A stretch of DNA of 62,270 nt, counting the filler. It is 10 parts of 10 records of this genome, joined end to end, with 100 filler letters (N's around TTAATTAATTAA, not from the genome) between each part and the next. Parts side by side here need not be neighbours in the genome. Positions count along the whole stretch, not along the records: positions 16,644 to 29,097 come from SRR7504441_14711; positions 29,198 to 35,581 come from SRR7504441_14717; 8 more parts are not named here. One strand, written 5' to 3'. A program made the position numbers and the translations under genes. Shown here in pieces: positions 22,469-35,681 of the stretch. The number at the start of each line of letters is the position of its first letter. Position 1 is the first letter of the stretch. The notes under the pieces are model-generated. The model was not told the DNA's origin. It searched no databases and worked only from the letters and a program-made list of their open reading frames with translations.

Positions 22469-23194
22469 ATGGGACCAGTGACCCCCCGCAGACCGGGCTT
22501 GGCGGTGCGGCTCTGGCTGGCGTTGTACAACCAGATGCTCGGGCTGGGCTGGCTGTACGTGCTGCTCCGGGTGGCGGTCGGGCAGCTGGGGCCCGGGTTT
22601 GGGGGCACCTGGCCCGAGCTGGGCGAGCTGGTGACCGGGCTGCAGCTGCTGGTGCTGCTCGACGTCCTGCACGCCGGGTGCGGGTTCTGGCCGCCCGATC
22701 CTGCGGTCGGGATCCTCCAGCGGCTCTGGTGCAAGGTGGGCCACCGATCGGAGATCTTTGTGACCATCCTGCTCATCGGGCCGGCCGCCAACATGTGGGC
22801 CACTGGGCCGCTGGTGCTCACCTGGGCGCTGGCCGATGTGTCACGGTACCAACTGTACTTCCTCCGGTCGATCGGCAAGGATCCGCCCCGCTGGCTGGCC
22901 TGGCTGCGCTACAGCGACTTCATAGTGCAGTACCCGTTGAACGTGGTCGCTGAAGCTTACTTTGTGCTGTGCGCGCTGCCACATCTGACGGCCGGCGGGA
23001 GTTGGCTGGGCAGCTACGCGCCGGTGGCTGTCGCGTTCCAGGTCTACGAGTGGGTCATTTTTGTTCCGGCTTACCGGACCCTTTGGCTCATTCGCAAGCG
23101 CCGATTGTCCACGATGAAGACGTCGGATGCTATTAGCATGCCGGATCGGACCTGTCTTACTCGATTCGAGCGTACCGCTTCCGCCGCCGGATGA
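22469..23194 (+). CDS. 3-hydroxyacyl-CoA dehydratase (HACD/PHS1/PTPLA family)
   Basis: LALYN...GW, TWALADVSRY, WLRYSDFIVQYPLNVVAE (catalytic Tyr/Glu), C-terminal RKRRL. Confidence 0.82.
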   Translation: MGPVTPRRPGLAVRLWLALYNQMLGLGWLYVLLRVAVGQLGPGFGGTWPELGELVTGLQLLVLLDVLHAGCGFWPPDPAVGILQRLWCKVGHRSEIFVTILLIGPAANMWATGPLVLTWALADVSRYQLYFLRSIGKDPPRWLAWLRYSDFIVQYPLNVVAEAYFVLCALPHLTAGGSWLGSYAPVAVAFQVYEWVIFVPAYRTLWLIRKRRLSTMKTSDAISMPDRTCLTRFERTASAAG

Positions 23195-23426
23195 GTTCAT
23201 GGAAAGCCGACCAAGCCGATGATCAGTCAGTGCAATCAAGCTCTCGGTTAATACGAGTAATTGGACTTTAGTGAGTTGCTACTTGTAAGTTGTACATGTA
23301 CATAGCTACACATACAATGTTAATACAATGTCATGATGTCCATACAATGTCATGACATATATGGTTCATTGGCATGCATTAGGCATGCATGCCATTTAAT
23401 TAAGTACTTCTTGACCGGTCGGCCTC

Positions 23427-26128
23427 TTATTGGCATGGTACACCAGTGGTGTTCTTGAGTGTCAGTACAACTGTGGCATTTGGCGTACTAAACTGCCACC
23501 TAGTACGTCCTATCTCCGGGTCAGTTGCACCGCCAGCTGGGTGGGACGAGACAACCTCGGCGTCTTCAGTCCACGGCTGCACAACCAGCTTACTGAACGG
23601 ATTGGATTCGACAGTCACAGTCTTAACCACAGTGCTTCCACGGCACTCGCGCTCCGCTCGGACCTTCACCCAGCTCACGCCCTCGCCAGGCCTCTGCACT
23701 GGCACTTGGTACTCCATGAACGTCCAATTAAACGGCAGCGCGTCCGAGAATGTGAAGCTGTCGTCATGCGCCGAGTAGCTCAGGCCCCCAATCCCCTCGA
23801 GCACGATCAGGATCATGCCAGCGTTGAAGTTGCTGTACTGATCACCGTGCAGTTGGAAGTTCATCCGGCGGGTCTCGGGCGCCACAGGTATCCCCCACTC
23901 CATGTTGTACCGCTTGAGGTGGTTGAGAGCAAACTTGTTGGCGAGCATGTTGACATTCTGCACATACAGCCCCCGGAGCATGAACCAGTTGGCATCCGGG
24001 ACCACCATGAAGTTGTACGTGGCCGAATTCGGGTCCGCATCTGGCGGCCAGTCCTGCTTGGCCACACAGGTGAGTGGGATCTCTCCATTGAAGCCCTTGA
24101 CTGAGTCATCCAACCAGGTGTTGGCCATCGACATAGTCCAGTTACGAGGGAACATGCTCATCCCTGTCGGAGCAATCGCGCTCCAACTCACACCATGGTC
24201 CGTATTGCCATAGATCTGCTTGCTTTCATCCCACTCGGCCCTCAGCATCTCATCCAGTCTTGCCATCCCAATTGTTTGGTTCCAGTGCTCGGCGTCCTCT
24301 GGCATCCCAAGGATTTCCGCCATCCTATTCAGGCAGAGCACAGAGTCGTATGCGTACAGGAATACTTTGTCGCCGATCCCACCCCAGAACATCGCCTTGT
24401 AGAACTGATACGCCTGCGCCAGGAAGGTCCTGTTGCCCGAGTGGTCGTAGACTTGGCACGCCCCGATCACATGAGCGATCGTCTCACCACCATAGCAGCC
24501 GGATACCCAGTCTATACCAAAATTGTCTGGCAGCTGCAGCGTGCCGCTTGAATTCATCCGGTAGCCAAAAGTCAGGTTCCATGCGAGCACGTTACCTGCC
24601 AGAGGGGTCAAGCTGGGTGTTAGGGCCAGGGTCAAACCGTTGGCGTAGTATGAGTGCTGGGATGGATTAGCCCACGAGCCTACTCTAATCTGGAACATCG
24701 AGTCGTATCTGTGCAGCCCGAGAAAATTGTTGACAGCGGTTTGCGTGTGCGGTAGTCGCTGCATCCCGCGGTCGCCTTGCGTCATGTACATCAGATACAG
24801 ACTCCATAAATAGTAGTATACCTTGACAATATCCGGATCGCTGCCAGCAGGCTCAAGCCGGAGTTAGGGTTAAGGTCAGACCTACACCGGAAGTAAGGCA
24901 CCACTTGGTTCAGCTCGGCGTTCACGTGGTCGGTCTTGGCCGCCATTTCGGCTGCCGGCTGGGCGAGCGCTCGCTGCACCTTGGCCTCCGCCAGCTGGTA
25001 ACTGTCGTCCATAGTCCAGGCGAGTGTTGTACCGTTGCTGTCGAGTGGTAGGTAGAACGAGTACTCACACACACCGGGGCTCGGCTCGGTAAAGCTCACG
25101 TTCTTCATGTCGCGCGAGGCTGAGAGCACGCCACTCATGCCGTCGTACATCAGCTTGGCATCAATGTACACATCTCCGGGCGCCCCCTGGTGCACATGCT
25201 CTTTGACCGTGCCTCCCTCGAGCACACGAATCGAGTTTGAGGCAACATCCACCGAGCACTCCCCGTGCAGTGACACTACCTGCCCAGACCCGCCGCCGCC
25301 GCCAAAGCTCTGCCCAGTCACGTGAAGCAGAACCGATCGGTCGGCCGTGATCGTGCTCATCACCACATCGCTCCCAGTAATGAACTTGCGCTCCGACACG
25401 CGCACAGGCTGCACCGGCTCCCCGGGCGCGAAGCAACGATCCGCACAGCCCGGGCCGCATCCGTCCCGGTTTCCAGTCGGCTTATCATCCACAGCCATTT
25501 TGTTGAGCCCAATCCAGCACTGGGATCGGTCCGGTGAGCCGCCGTCCTCGTAGTTTGCCTGCTGGCAGCTGGTGTCGTTGGTGCAATGGGCCCAGCACTG
25601 CTTCTCGGTGAGGTTGACCCAGAATGAGAGCCCGAGCCTGGTGCCCCGGGATGAGCCTTCCTGCCAGTTATGGCACCAGCCCTCGAGGGTTTGCCCGCTC
25701 AGCCAGCCGTCCGACAGCTCATACACAGTCTCTAGCCGGTCCGGCCGCCAATGCATCCGCGTGGGCGGAGGGTTGTCCCAGCGCATCTGATCGGTCACCA
25801 CTGAGCCGTACGCGACCTTAGTGGCCCGGTAGTACTCCCAACCATCGAAGTCGTTTCCTGAGCCCACGCCTGGATACGAACCCACCCCAGTGCCGCGGGA
25901 GCGAAGGTCGTGGAAGAAAGGGTGGGTGAGCCCGATCGTCTCGTTCTCGGCGATCTGCTGGACCAGGGCGGTGCCTCCGACGTAGTACACCTTGTTTCCG
26001 GCTAGGAATCCGTGCTTCTTGCCCTGGATGTCGTCCGCGCCCAGCATGGCGCAATAGTCCGTGAATGGAGGGCTGGCCGCCGCCGCCGCCATAAGCAAAC
26101 CACACACCGTCAGGAGGGCTCGCCACAT
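23427..26128 (-). CDS. Secreted six-hairpin glycoside hydrolase (GH63/GH37-like) with Cys-rich PAN/apple-like insertion; one ~41-nt intron near 24841-24881
   Basis: Signal peptide; PYFRCSDPDIVKVYYYLWSLY after splicing; (alpha/alpha)6-type C-terminal region. Confidence 0.6.
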
Positions 26129-26354
26129 GCTGAAGTGCCTTTCGCCCGTCGAGACCCGGCCGTGTTCGAGCACTAGGGTCCCTACCTACTTGGTAACTAT
26201 TTTTCAACCAGTGTGAGTTAACTCGAAAGAGCTCTCAAGCAAGACACTAGCTGTAAGCTTCTACTAAGCTTCTTTTAATGCGGTATTCAGTGTGACGGCT
26301 AGGATGCATAGAGACGGCAGCCATTGGCACTGCTCTTGATTGATCAATACCGCA

Positions 26355-26404
26355 GATGATGATAAGATGATGATAAGATGATGATAAATTAATGATAAGA
26401 TGAT
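26355..26404. repeat. Imperfect (GATGATGATAA)n tandem repeat
   Basis: Visible directly in sequence. Confidence 0.7.
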
Positions 26405-26508
26405 TCACGAGGAGCTGACTTGTAGAGAAGTTGTCAAACACAGCACAGTGTACGCGTGCAGAGCTCAAGAGAAGTTTCATGGCACAGACCCGAGATTAGC
26501 CCTCAGAA

Positions 26509-28938
26509 TTAGAGCTTGGAGGCGTCCTTGAAGGCTGCAGCTGGGTTGGCTTGCAGTTGGGGCTGATCCGAAGCGAAAATGGACGGCGTGTCAGGCTTGC
26601 CAAACTTCTTCTCGAGTTTGGCCAGATCCCAGTCTGTGACCTTGTCGTGGTGGCAAGGCTCGGAGCCCTCCCAGCAGGCGTTCCACGCAGCCCCAGGGGC
26701 ATCGACGCTGGCTGCTTGCATGGCCGCCCACATGCCTGGGGCCCAGGAGGATGCTTCGATCATCTCCTCCTTGAGTGGAGTGAACGGCTCTCCGGTCTCA
26801 CCTGCACAGCTCAACAGTCAGTTGTGCATCACCCAATCAGGCTACCGCGGCCAAAGAAGCGGCGGGAGCCTGCCCGCTCGAGCAGGATGTCCACCATCCG
26901 GGGAACGTTCATGTAGGTGTCGTAGTAAGTCTCGTCACCGTTGCCATAGACAGCGTGCTGCAGCCCAGCGAGGGGCTTGCTAGGGTTCTCAGAGGCTTGC
27001 TTGAGATGGAAGTAAAACTCCCAAAAGTTCTTTGGCGGATTGCCGTACATCGACGATGTGCAAACAACCAGGAACTTAGTTTGCTTCAGACTGTTGAAGT
27101 CGAACGAATTGCCCTCAATCGCCTCAGCTGGCGCACTCATGCCACACTCCTTGGGGAAGCATCCAAGAATCTCGGCAGAATCCCGCTTCGAGTCGCCCAT
27201 GAAAAAGGATCCATACACTACCGCAACATCGGTAGCCTCAGCCTTTGAGACCGGGGCCAGGCTGGGTGCAGCGGTCGCTGCTGGGGCGGCTGGTTTGGCA
27301 GCGGCTGATGGAGCCTTGAGCTTGGTAGTCACCTCCTCATCGAATTGAGTGATCTCGATCTTGTCGCCCAGCTGCTGCTGCTGCGATGGCGAGGTAGTCG
27401 TGATGACGATTGGGTCGGCGCCGTTGGTCTGTGGGATGGAGATGGTGGTCGTGATGCCCGAGCCGGCTTGAGCGACTGGGCGGGGCGACGCCATGTACTC
27501 GAGTGCGCTGGTGCCAGCAACTCTGCCCAGAATCACTGCCTCAGCAAGCCCAGAGCCGCCGAGTCTGTTGCGCCCGTGCACTCCGCCAGTGACCTCACCG
27601 GCGGCGTACAGGCCGGGCACTCCACGGCTGGAGGCCTCGTCTACACACTCTGCCTTGGGGCTGATGGCCAGACCGCCCATGGTGTAGTGCACGACTGGTG
27701 TGACCTGCGCAACGTAATATTCCTCGTCCATCTCGAACGGCGTGTTGTGGTAGTAGATCTTACCAAACGGGTCCTCGCCGCCAGCTGCCGCGTATTTGTT
27801 GTACTGGTCCAGAGAAGCCTTGAGCTTCTCTTCAGGGATGCCCATCTCTTTGGCCACTCCGGCGGCGTTCTTGAAGTGCTTCATCACCCGACGAGAGGTG
27901 TAGTGCTTGCAGTGCCAGTCCATCTGCGAGGCGGCCTTGGAGTTCATGAGCAGCCTGTACGGAGGCTTGTTGTGGTCCCACATCCGGCCGGTCACGTAGT
28001 CCCTCTTGCCGATGTCGTTGGCGAACCGGTTGCCTTCGCAATCGACCAGGATCCCACCTTCGCCTCGCAAGGCCTCGGCTGCCAGCAGCTTGGTCTTGTT
28101 ATCCGGATCGCCAGGATTGACGAGTCCCGTAGGGTGCACTTGCACGTGCTGCAGCCCGACGGCTTGCGCACCAATGTCGAGCGCAACAGAGATACCCTCG
28201 CCTTGAGAATGATCGCCGTTGGTGGTGGGCAGCTCGCACAGATCTGGCCTGACTCGGTGCAGCATTGAGCCCGGGACTGCGCCCCCGGCCCCGTAGCCAC
28301 CGGTCGCCAAGACCACTGCATCGGCCATCAGCTCCTGCATCTGGCCGTCGGCGTCTTGGTACTTGATGCCGATCACCCGTCCGGCCTGGTCCTTGATCAG
28401 CTCCTTGAGCACGCTGTTGATCAGAAGGTCGCAGTTCTGGCTGCTGTCTGCCAGCTGCTCGTATTTCTTCATCAGAGCCGAGGTGATCTCCATCCCAGGG
28501 AACTTGCCGCCGCTCTTGGTGCGGTGGGTGCGTTGGTGCGAGTGGCCGCCCATCCGGCTGACCACATCCAGCGCGAGCCCGAACTCGTCCTGGAGCCATG
28601 CGATTGCCCCACTCGAGTTTTGAACGAACATGCTGGCGATCGGGTAGGGCTCGGGCATGGGACCGGTCTTCTTGCCGGTGGCGGACCGGACCATGTCTTC
28701 GAGGAAGGTCGTGTCGGTGATCCCCATGCTGGCCTGGGTGCGGCTGGGCGCCCCATTGATCCCAGAGGTGGCCTTGGTCGAGTTGCCCCCGAGGAAAGGA
28801 TTCCGCTCCACCAGCGTCACTTGGGCGCCGCCCTGCGTTGCTGTCAATTAGGGAGGCGCCGGCCCGACCCACCTGAAGCATGGTGTGCGCCGCCGAGAGC
28901 CCCGAGAGTCCGCCGCCGATCACGATTGCAGAAGGCAT
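26509..28938 (-). CDS. Soluble flavin fumarate reductase (Osm1/Frd1-like) fused to a flavodoxin-like domain, C-terminal SKL; 2 introns
   Basis: GGGLSGL, GGNSTKATSGIN, VQVHPTG, EALRGEGG, HYTMGG, HGRNRLGG; then VVYGS...VCTSSMYGNPP...AVYGNGDETY; ends DASKL*. Confidence 0.88.
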
Positions 28939-29382
28939 GCTGTCCGTGGCGGTGCTGAACGGGTTACGAGGATTGCTGGTCCCCCGAGTTCGTTAACTTT
29001 CCGTTGGCAACGTGGGATCCCCACGTTTTTTTATTGTTTTCTGCGAGTCTGTTTATTCTACTGCGTACGTATTTTGATTGTGTCTTCAGAACTGTGCNNN
29101 NNNNNNNNNNNNNNNNNNNNNNNNNNNNNNNNNNNNNNNNNTTAATTAATTAANNNNNNNNNNNNNNNNNNNNNNNNNNNNNNNNNNNNNNNNNNNNTAA
29201 AGCAATTAACTGCTATCAAGTTTAGTGTCTGTCTGATGAGCTCTGTCGCGCCACACGTGAGACGACGACAACAACAACACCAGCGGTGGCCGGGGTTCGG
29301 TCCGAAGTGCAGCTCGTGGTTCCGGGGCAAGGCGGCGGCGGCGGCGGCGGCGGCGGCAGGTGCACGCGGGGGGCTTGCGGGT

Positions 29383-32165
29383 ATGTTCGTCCCGGGGGCG
29401 GCGGCGGCGGTGGAGGAGGAGGAGGACCTCTCGTGCCGCTCACCGCCCGAGAAGAACCGGCGGCTGGAGCACGGGCGCGAGAACCGGCGGTCTAGCAGCC
29501 AGGACCCGCCGGGCGGGATGGATCTCTCGGAGGAGCAAGCGCACGAGTGGGTGGATCAGCAGATGGAGGACCAGATGGGCAGCATAGAGGACGATCGCGA
29601 GTACTTTGTGCTCAGTAGCAGGTGGTGGCAGCTGTGGCAGCAGTCCGGCTCCCCGGGCCCGATCGACAACACAGTCCTGCTCCAGGAGCCGCACGAGGCC
29701 GGGCAGCTCAACCGGCAGATGCAGGCCGAGCTGCATTACAAGATCGTCCCGCTCTCGGTCTGGGAGTTCCTGGCAGCCCGCTACGGCGGTGGACCGGCCC
29801 TGCCGCGCCGGGCAATCACCGAGAGCCACAGCATCTTTTGCAAGGTGGAGGTGCACCTGCAGAGGCTGCTGGTGCGGGCCGGCCACTCCAGCGCTGAGCC
29901 GGGCGCAGGTGCACAAGTCGTCTGCGCCCGACGAGGAGCCGGCGCTGGTGCACCTGAGCAAGCGGGCCAGCGTGCAAGAGTGCCTCAACCAGTGCGCTGA
30001 GGCGGTCGGGCTGGATCCTGCGGGCAGCCTCAGGTTTTGGGATTACTACCAGAAGAAAAAGTACACCCGGCTGGAGGAGAACCTGGAGCAGACGATAGAC
30101 GATGCCAAGCTGTATGACGAGCAGGATGTGTTATTCGAGGAGCCGTTGGCGGACGGCAGCTTTGCGCCGGATCTAGAGGAAGTCCCGGAATCGTCCGGCT
30201 GGTGGAACAGCAGCCCGACTCTGGGGAGCAGCTTGGCCGACAAGACTGATCAGATACAGTACGGAGAAGGCCCGATCGTGCGAGGCGTGACTGGGCTGCA
30301 GAACCTTGGCAACACCTGCTTCATGAACTCTGCGCTCTCGTGCCTGTTCAATGTGCCGCCGCTGGTCAAGAGCTTTGGGTCGGGAGAGTTCGAGCTAGAG
30401 CTGAACGAACTCAACCCGCTGGGGTGCAAAGGCGAGATGGCAAAAGCCTTTGGGTCGCTGGTAAGGCTCTGGCCTTGGTCCAGGGCTGACTGTGTGGCTC
30501 GTGCAGGTGCAGAAAGTGTGGCAGGACTGCGCGGCTGTGGTGGTCCCCAGGGCATTCAAGTGGACACTAGGGCAGTACGCGCCGCAGTTCCAGGGGTACG
30601 AACAGCACGACTCGCAGGAGCTGCTCTACTTCCTGCTCGATGGGCTACACGAGGACTTGAATAGAGTGGTCGACAAGCCAGCCACAGAGAAGCTGGTGGT
30701 CGGCAGCGAAGGCGACCCGGAGGAGGTTGCGGCCGAGGCCTGGAAGCGGCACAAGCTTCGGAATGACTCACTCATTGTTGACCACTTGCAAGGCCAGTAC
30801 AAGTCGACGATCGTTTGCCCCAAATGTCAGAGGGTCTCCATCACTTTTGACCCTTACATGTGTCTCACTGTCCCGCTTGTGGCTGAGGAGCGCAAAGCCA
30901 TCGATCTGGTGCTGGTGCTGAGGGATCAGAGTCAACACTCACTCTCACTCAGTCTGGAGAAGGCCGCCACGATTGCAGGCCTGCTCGAGGAAGTGTGCAG
31001 CAAGATGGCTCCTAGTCCGATGGATCCGTCTCAGCTGGTGGTCACAGAGATCTATCATAGCAAGCTGCACAAGGTGTTTTTGACCACAGATGAAGTGGCA
31101 GATGATATCAGCGCTGGCGATCAGATAGTAGTTTATCAAGTAGATGCAGCTGCAATCTTTGCCCCTTCACGGAGATATTGGGGCGACGACGCTTATGAAC
31201 CTGGACAGCACTGTGGTGTGGTGCTAACTCGGACGAGGCAAGCCAGCAGCATGTATGACCAGCGTCCTTTTGGTGTGCCGGGTCTGCTGCTGTTTGGATT
31301 GCCTGGAACAAACGCTGGGTTTCATGCCGCTGTGCGCGAGTATCTCGAGCTTGAGGATGAAGAAGAGCTCACGCTGTTCTATGAGTCCTGGAGAGTGAAC
31401 GACCGCGAGTATGTCCTAGACGACGACCAGCCTTTTGACACCAAGCGGGAGCATGTGGTGAAACTGAGTGTACTAAGCGTCGAGGAGAGCGCTGAAAGCT
31501 CTTGTGCGAGCCCTGCAGCCCCGGAGGCGGCCCAGTCCACTGATGTGAAGAATCTGTACGACTGCTTGCAGCTGGCGAGCGAACCAGAGCAGCTCACATC
31601 CGACAACGCGTTCTACTGTGGCGAGTGCAAGGAGCATGTGGAGGCCACCAAGCAACTGCAAGTGTGGAGCTTGCCCAATGTGCTTGTGGTACACCTGAAG
31701 CGGTTCTCCTACACCAAGTGGTCCAGGGATAAACTAGAAGAGCTTGTGGATTTTCCATTGAATGGACTGGACATGTCCCAGTACTGCCTATCCCAGCTGG
31801 AGGACAAGGAAGATGCCGTCTATGACTGTATCGGCGTCTCGTGCCATCATGGTGGGCTGTACGGAGGCCACTACACTGCATATGTGCGATCTATGATTGA
31901 TGGCAAGTGGTACGAAGTGGATGATAGCCACACCTCGTCTGTGGCTGATGAGCGTCAGCTCAAGACATCTGCCGCGTATCTCCTTGTCTATGCTAAACAG
32001 AGCTTGTTAGAAAAGCGCGATCTAATGGTCCCTGACCTCGAGCCAGTATCATCACGAGCTGACCGACAGCTGATCGATAATTTCGCAAGGGAACCGGACA
32101 CCGGGGAATTCACATCTGTGTTTCAGGGGGTTGAAGAGGCTTCTACAATGGACAGCCCCCTTTAA
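29383..32165 (+). CDS. Ubiquitin-specific protease, USP4/11/15-like (DUSP-UBL-UCH); 2 introns; start uncertain
   Basis: PGPIDN (DUSP), GLQNLGNTCFMNS, QHDSQE, HLKRF, HHGGLYGGHYTAY, AAYLLVY. Confidence 0.9.
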
Positions 32166-32620
32166 GCGCCTCAAAAAGGCCCTTAGTCTAAACAGCCCAA
32201 AAGTGGGCAAAGCTGCCTTTTGGGCACGTTTAGAGGTGGAAGGTGTGCAAGTAGTAGAATGTGTACATGTACTGTAGTCACTAGCCTACGTAGGTAAAGA
32301 CGGCACGATTTGCGTTTACTACGGATCAGATCACCGAATGCACACTCGTGAGAAGCGCACGTGGTGGTAGTATTGGGAGACTATTAGGAGACGACGGCCG
32401 CTTGCTTCCCGAGAAGTTTTAAGAGACTTTTGGTTTACTTTTGATAGTACTAATCTTAGAGGAATCATGATTACTCGTACGACGACAACGACATAAAGTC
32501 CTCAACCTTTAATTAAGATACATTGGATTGGAGAACATTCCGCGCTGGCTGGCAATCGGGCCCGCAATAGTTTGTGAGGTCGAGTGAAGACCGACTAGAG
32601 TTATGACCAGCCGAACGAGA

Positions 32621-34314
32621 TCAAAAGGGCATTTTGGGCACCACTGTCGGCTCCTTCTTGCCTGCAGCCCGGCGTCAGTCATGCTCAGCTCGACCGGCCG
32701 ACAACCTCCAAGTGCGACCGGAAGGTTGAGCAGGTACTGCTCTTGCGACTGCTCGTCGGTCCGCTGGTGCGGCCGACGCAAGCCGGTCCGATTGAGGGTG
32801 CATCCGAACCCGGGCCGGTCAGGAAGGTCAATAAACCCGTCCTGTCGGAGGCTCAGTGCAGGCCAGCCAGTCCGGTGCCTTGGGCAGCGGCTCATCCTCG
32901 AACAAACTGCCAAAGTACGGCACGATCTTGTCGGACTTGGGAGACAGATTGAGGAACTCGGCGATCGGGCAGTTGCGGAACGCGTACTGCAGGTGGTAGG
33001 AGTAGATAGACGAGCCATGTGGGATCACTAGCACATCGTACGCCGCAGCCAGAGCCACCTGCCTCAAGCTGCAGCTAAATCGGGGCAGGCGCACCACGCG
33101 GCGGGCTTCAGTCATCCCTCCTAGCCAGGTGATGTCGGGCTGCACGATGTCCAGGCACTTGCTCTCGATCAGCTGCCGGAAACCGTACCTAATCGCACGA
33201 TCGTCACCACCGGCCGCTTCCACACGACTCACCGCGTGTACTCGTGCTCTGCGGAGGTGAGCATCACGCCGCTCGACCTGAGCGCGTCCTTGACTTGCTT
33301 GTAGCCGTCGTAGTCGTCGGGCGGCAGGAACTCCTCCATCCACTTGAGCCCGTGAGGAGCGAGTGCGTTCGCGAGCTTGATGGCATACGGCACGGTGAGC
33401 GCCATGTAGCAATCAAGCATCAGAGGGAACTCCGGCCCGACCTCGGCCCGCCACTTTTTATGGATCTCGACGTTCTTACGCAGCCCTGCCCTGCCGTCCG
33501 CCAGCCTGGCCAGCACAGCCACCCTCGTCGCCGTCGGCAGGGCCGTACGCGCATGGGTACTTGCCGCCCACAAACCCAAGCCGCTTGGCGTTGGCCGGGT
33601 TGCCGGAGGTGCTGTAGCAGGCCAGTCGGTCCCGCACCTTGCCCCCGAGCATAGCGTACCTGACCACCGCTCGGCCAGGCCGGCTCGGCAGCTGTTACAC
33701 AGGCTCGTTCCTGATCTTGCCAAGCAGGTCCCAGAGGGCCAGATCGACCGCAGAGATGCACTGGACCGGCAGCCCCTTCCGCCCGTAGTTGGTGGTGGCC
33801 CGCCACATCATGTCCCACATCACTTCCACGTCGCGAGGGTCTTGCCCCTCAACGAAACGCGACAAGTGGTGCTCCACAATGTAGCAGCCTGCCCGCCCGC
33901 TCCGGCCCGCCCGCTTTAGGTCGTGCGCCTGGGTCTCCCCCGATGGTGATCCCGACCCCGCAGGTGCCGTCCTCGGCCTCGACCTCCACCACCATTGTCC
34001 CGAGCGCGTTGATCCCCCACGACTTGCGGGTGCCGGTATACTGGGCGTAGCCCGACATAGGGTTGGCGATCGGAGTGGGGTAGCCACTGCCGCCCGATCA
34101 GCCCCCGCCCTGCCCAGCCGGCCACTTGATCCAGTGCTCGTCCTCCACGTCGTGACAGTCGGCGCCTTGGTCGGCCTCGGAGGCTTCGACCACGTAGGCC
34201 CGCAGCTGCTTGATCCGGGGAAATACCTACCCGTCCGGTCAGCCGGCCCAGCCACCCGGCCACCCGGCAGCCCTCGCTCGAGTTCTTGCTTCGCTTCGCT
34301 TGTGGCTCTGACAT
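32621..34314 (-). CDS. rhmD: L-rhamnonate dehydratase (enolase superfamily), roughly ten short introns
   Basis: IANPMSGY...RKSWGINALG, YGRKGLP..ISAVDLALWDLLGK, MLDCYMAL, WMEEFLPPDDY, EHEYTRYGF, PHGSSIYSYH. Confidence 0.88.
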
Positions 34315-34395
34315 GCTCGGGGTTCTGTCTCGCGGCCTCGCGGGTCTCGACGCCAACGGAAAATAACGCCAATCTCGCACCCACGCTTGTCTCTG

Positions 34396-35466
34396 ATGGA
34401 GGAGTCGCCGCTGCTGCGGCTGCTGTTCAACCCGTCGTCGGGCAGCGCGGACCCGGAGCAAGCCGAGGTCCTGCGGCAGCTCGAGGCCGACACCCCGGGC
34501 CTGGCCGTGGTAGACATGACCCAATCAGCAGCGCTGGCCGAGGCCGTGCGCGAGATCCAGGCCGCCAGCCCGCCGCCGCGGGTTCTGGTCGTCGGCGGTG
34601 ACGGCACCGTCGGCTGGGCGCTCGGACTGCTGTACCCGGAGTGCCCGGCCAGCAGCCCGGTGCCTGTGGCAATCTGCCCCGGGGGGACGGGCAACGATCT
34701 GAGCCGGTCACTCGGCTGGGGCAAAGGCGTCACCAAGTGGAAGCTCGAGTCGATGAAGAGCCGGGCGCGCAAACTGGCCCAGGCGGACCCGATTCTGCTC
34801 GATCGGTGGCGGCTCGGTTCAGGGGAGGAGGCTGGGAGGGTCTTCTACAACTACCTGAGCTTCGGGCTAGACGCGGCGATCGCGCTGCGCTTCCACTTGG
34901 AGCGCCAGCAGGCCGAGCACAAGCCGAGCTCGGGCTCGGCGAACAAGCTCAAGTACCTGCAGGCCGGGCTCAAGTCGGCCGGCAAGAAGCAGCATCCGCC
35001 GCTGGGCACGGTGGCGGAGCTGACGGTTGATGGGGTCGCAGTGCCGCTGGACAACGTGGTGGCAGTGGTGGTGCTTAATATCAACAGCTACAGTGCTGGC
35101 GCCGACGTCTGGCCTCGAGCATCGAATCGGAGGGAGTCCGGCTTCTCGCAGCAAAGCGTATCGGACGGTGTGTTCGAGGTGTTCGGGATCCGAAAGTTCT
35201 CAGAGCTGGGGTACCTCCAGCTCGGTCAAACCGCTGGAGTGCAGCTCGCACAAGGCACCACTCTGCGCGTTGTGACTACGGCCGAGTTGGCATGGCAGTG
35301 CGACGGGGAGCCTTGGACGCAGCCGGCCTGGGATGCGACAGTGACAGGCCTATCGCCGGTTCAGATGTTGAGCGGCCGCAAGCCGGTCGGGGTAGACATG
35401 CCGGAACGGGTGCCAGGGCTGCCCTTTGACGAGCTAGACAGCAAAGGGAGCTGCAAGCAGCAATGA
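34396..35466 (+). CDS. Diacylglycerol kinase (catalytic + accessory domains)
   Basis: NPSSG, VGGDGTVGW, PGGTGNDLSRSLGWG, NYLSFGLDA, LNINSYSAG, QCDGEPW. Confidence 0.9.
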   Translation: MEESPLLRLLFNPSSGSADPEQAEVLRQLEADTPGLAVVDMTQSAALAEAVREIQAASPPPRVLVVGGDGTVGWALGLLYPECPASSPVPVAICPGGTGNDLSRSLGWGKGVTKWKLESMKSRARKLAQADPILLDRWRLGSGEEAGRVFYNYLSFGLDAAIALRFHLERQQAEHKPSSGSANKLKYLQAGLKSAGKKQHPPLGTVAELTVDGVAVPLDNVVAVVVLNINSYSAGADVWPRASNRRESGFSQQSVSDGVFEVFGIRKFSELGYLQLGQTAGVQLAQGTTLRVVTTAELAWQCDGEPWTQPAWDATVTGLSPVQMLSGRKPVGVDMPERVPGLPFDELDSKGSCKQQ

Positions 35467-35681
35467 GATTTTAAGCCAGTTTAATGCGTGAATAAAACCC
35501 AGCTATACCAGCCCATTGGATATGATAAACAATGATAAAGCCCTGCCCAAAAACTAGTTCCGCATCAGGGAGCGGGTGTGANNNNNNNNNNNNNNNNNNN
35601 NNNNNNNNNNNNNNNNNNNNNNNNNTTAATTAATTAANNNNNNNNNNNNNNNNNNNNNNNNNNNNNNNNNNNNNNNNNNNN

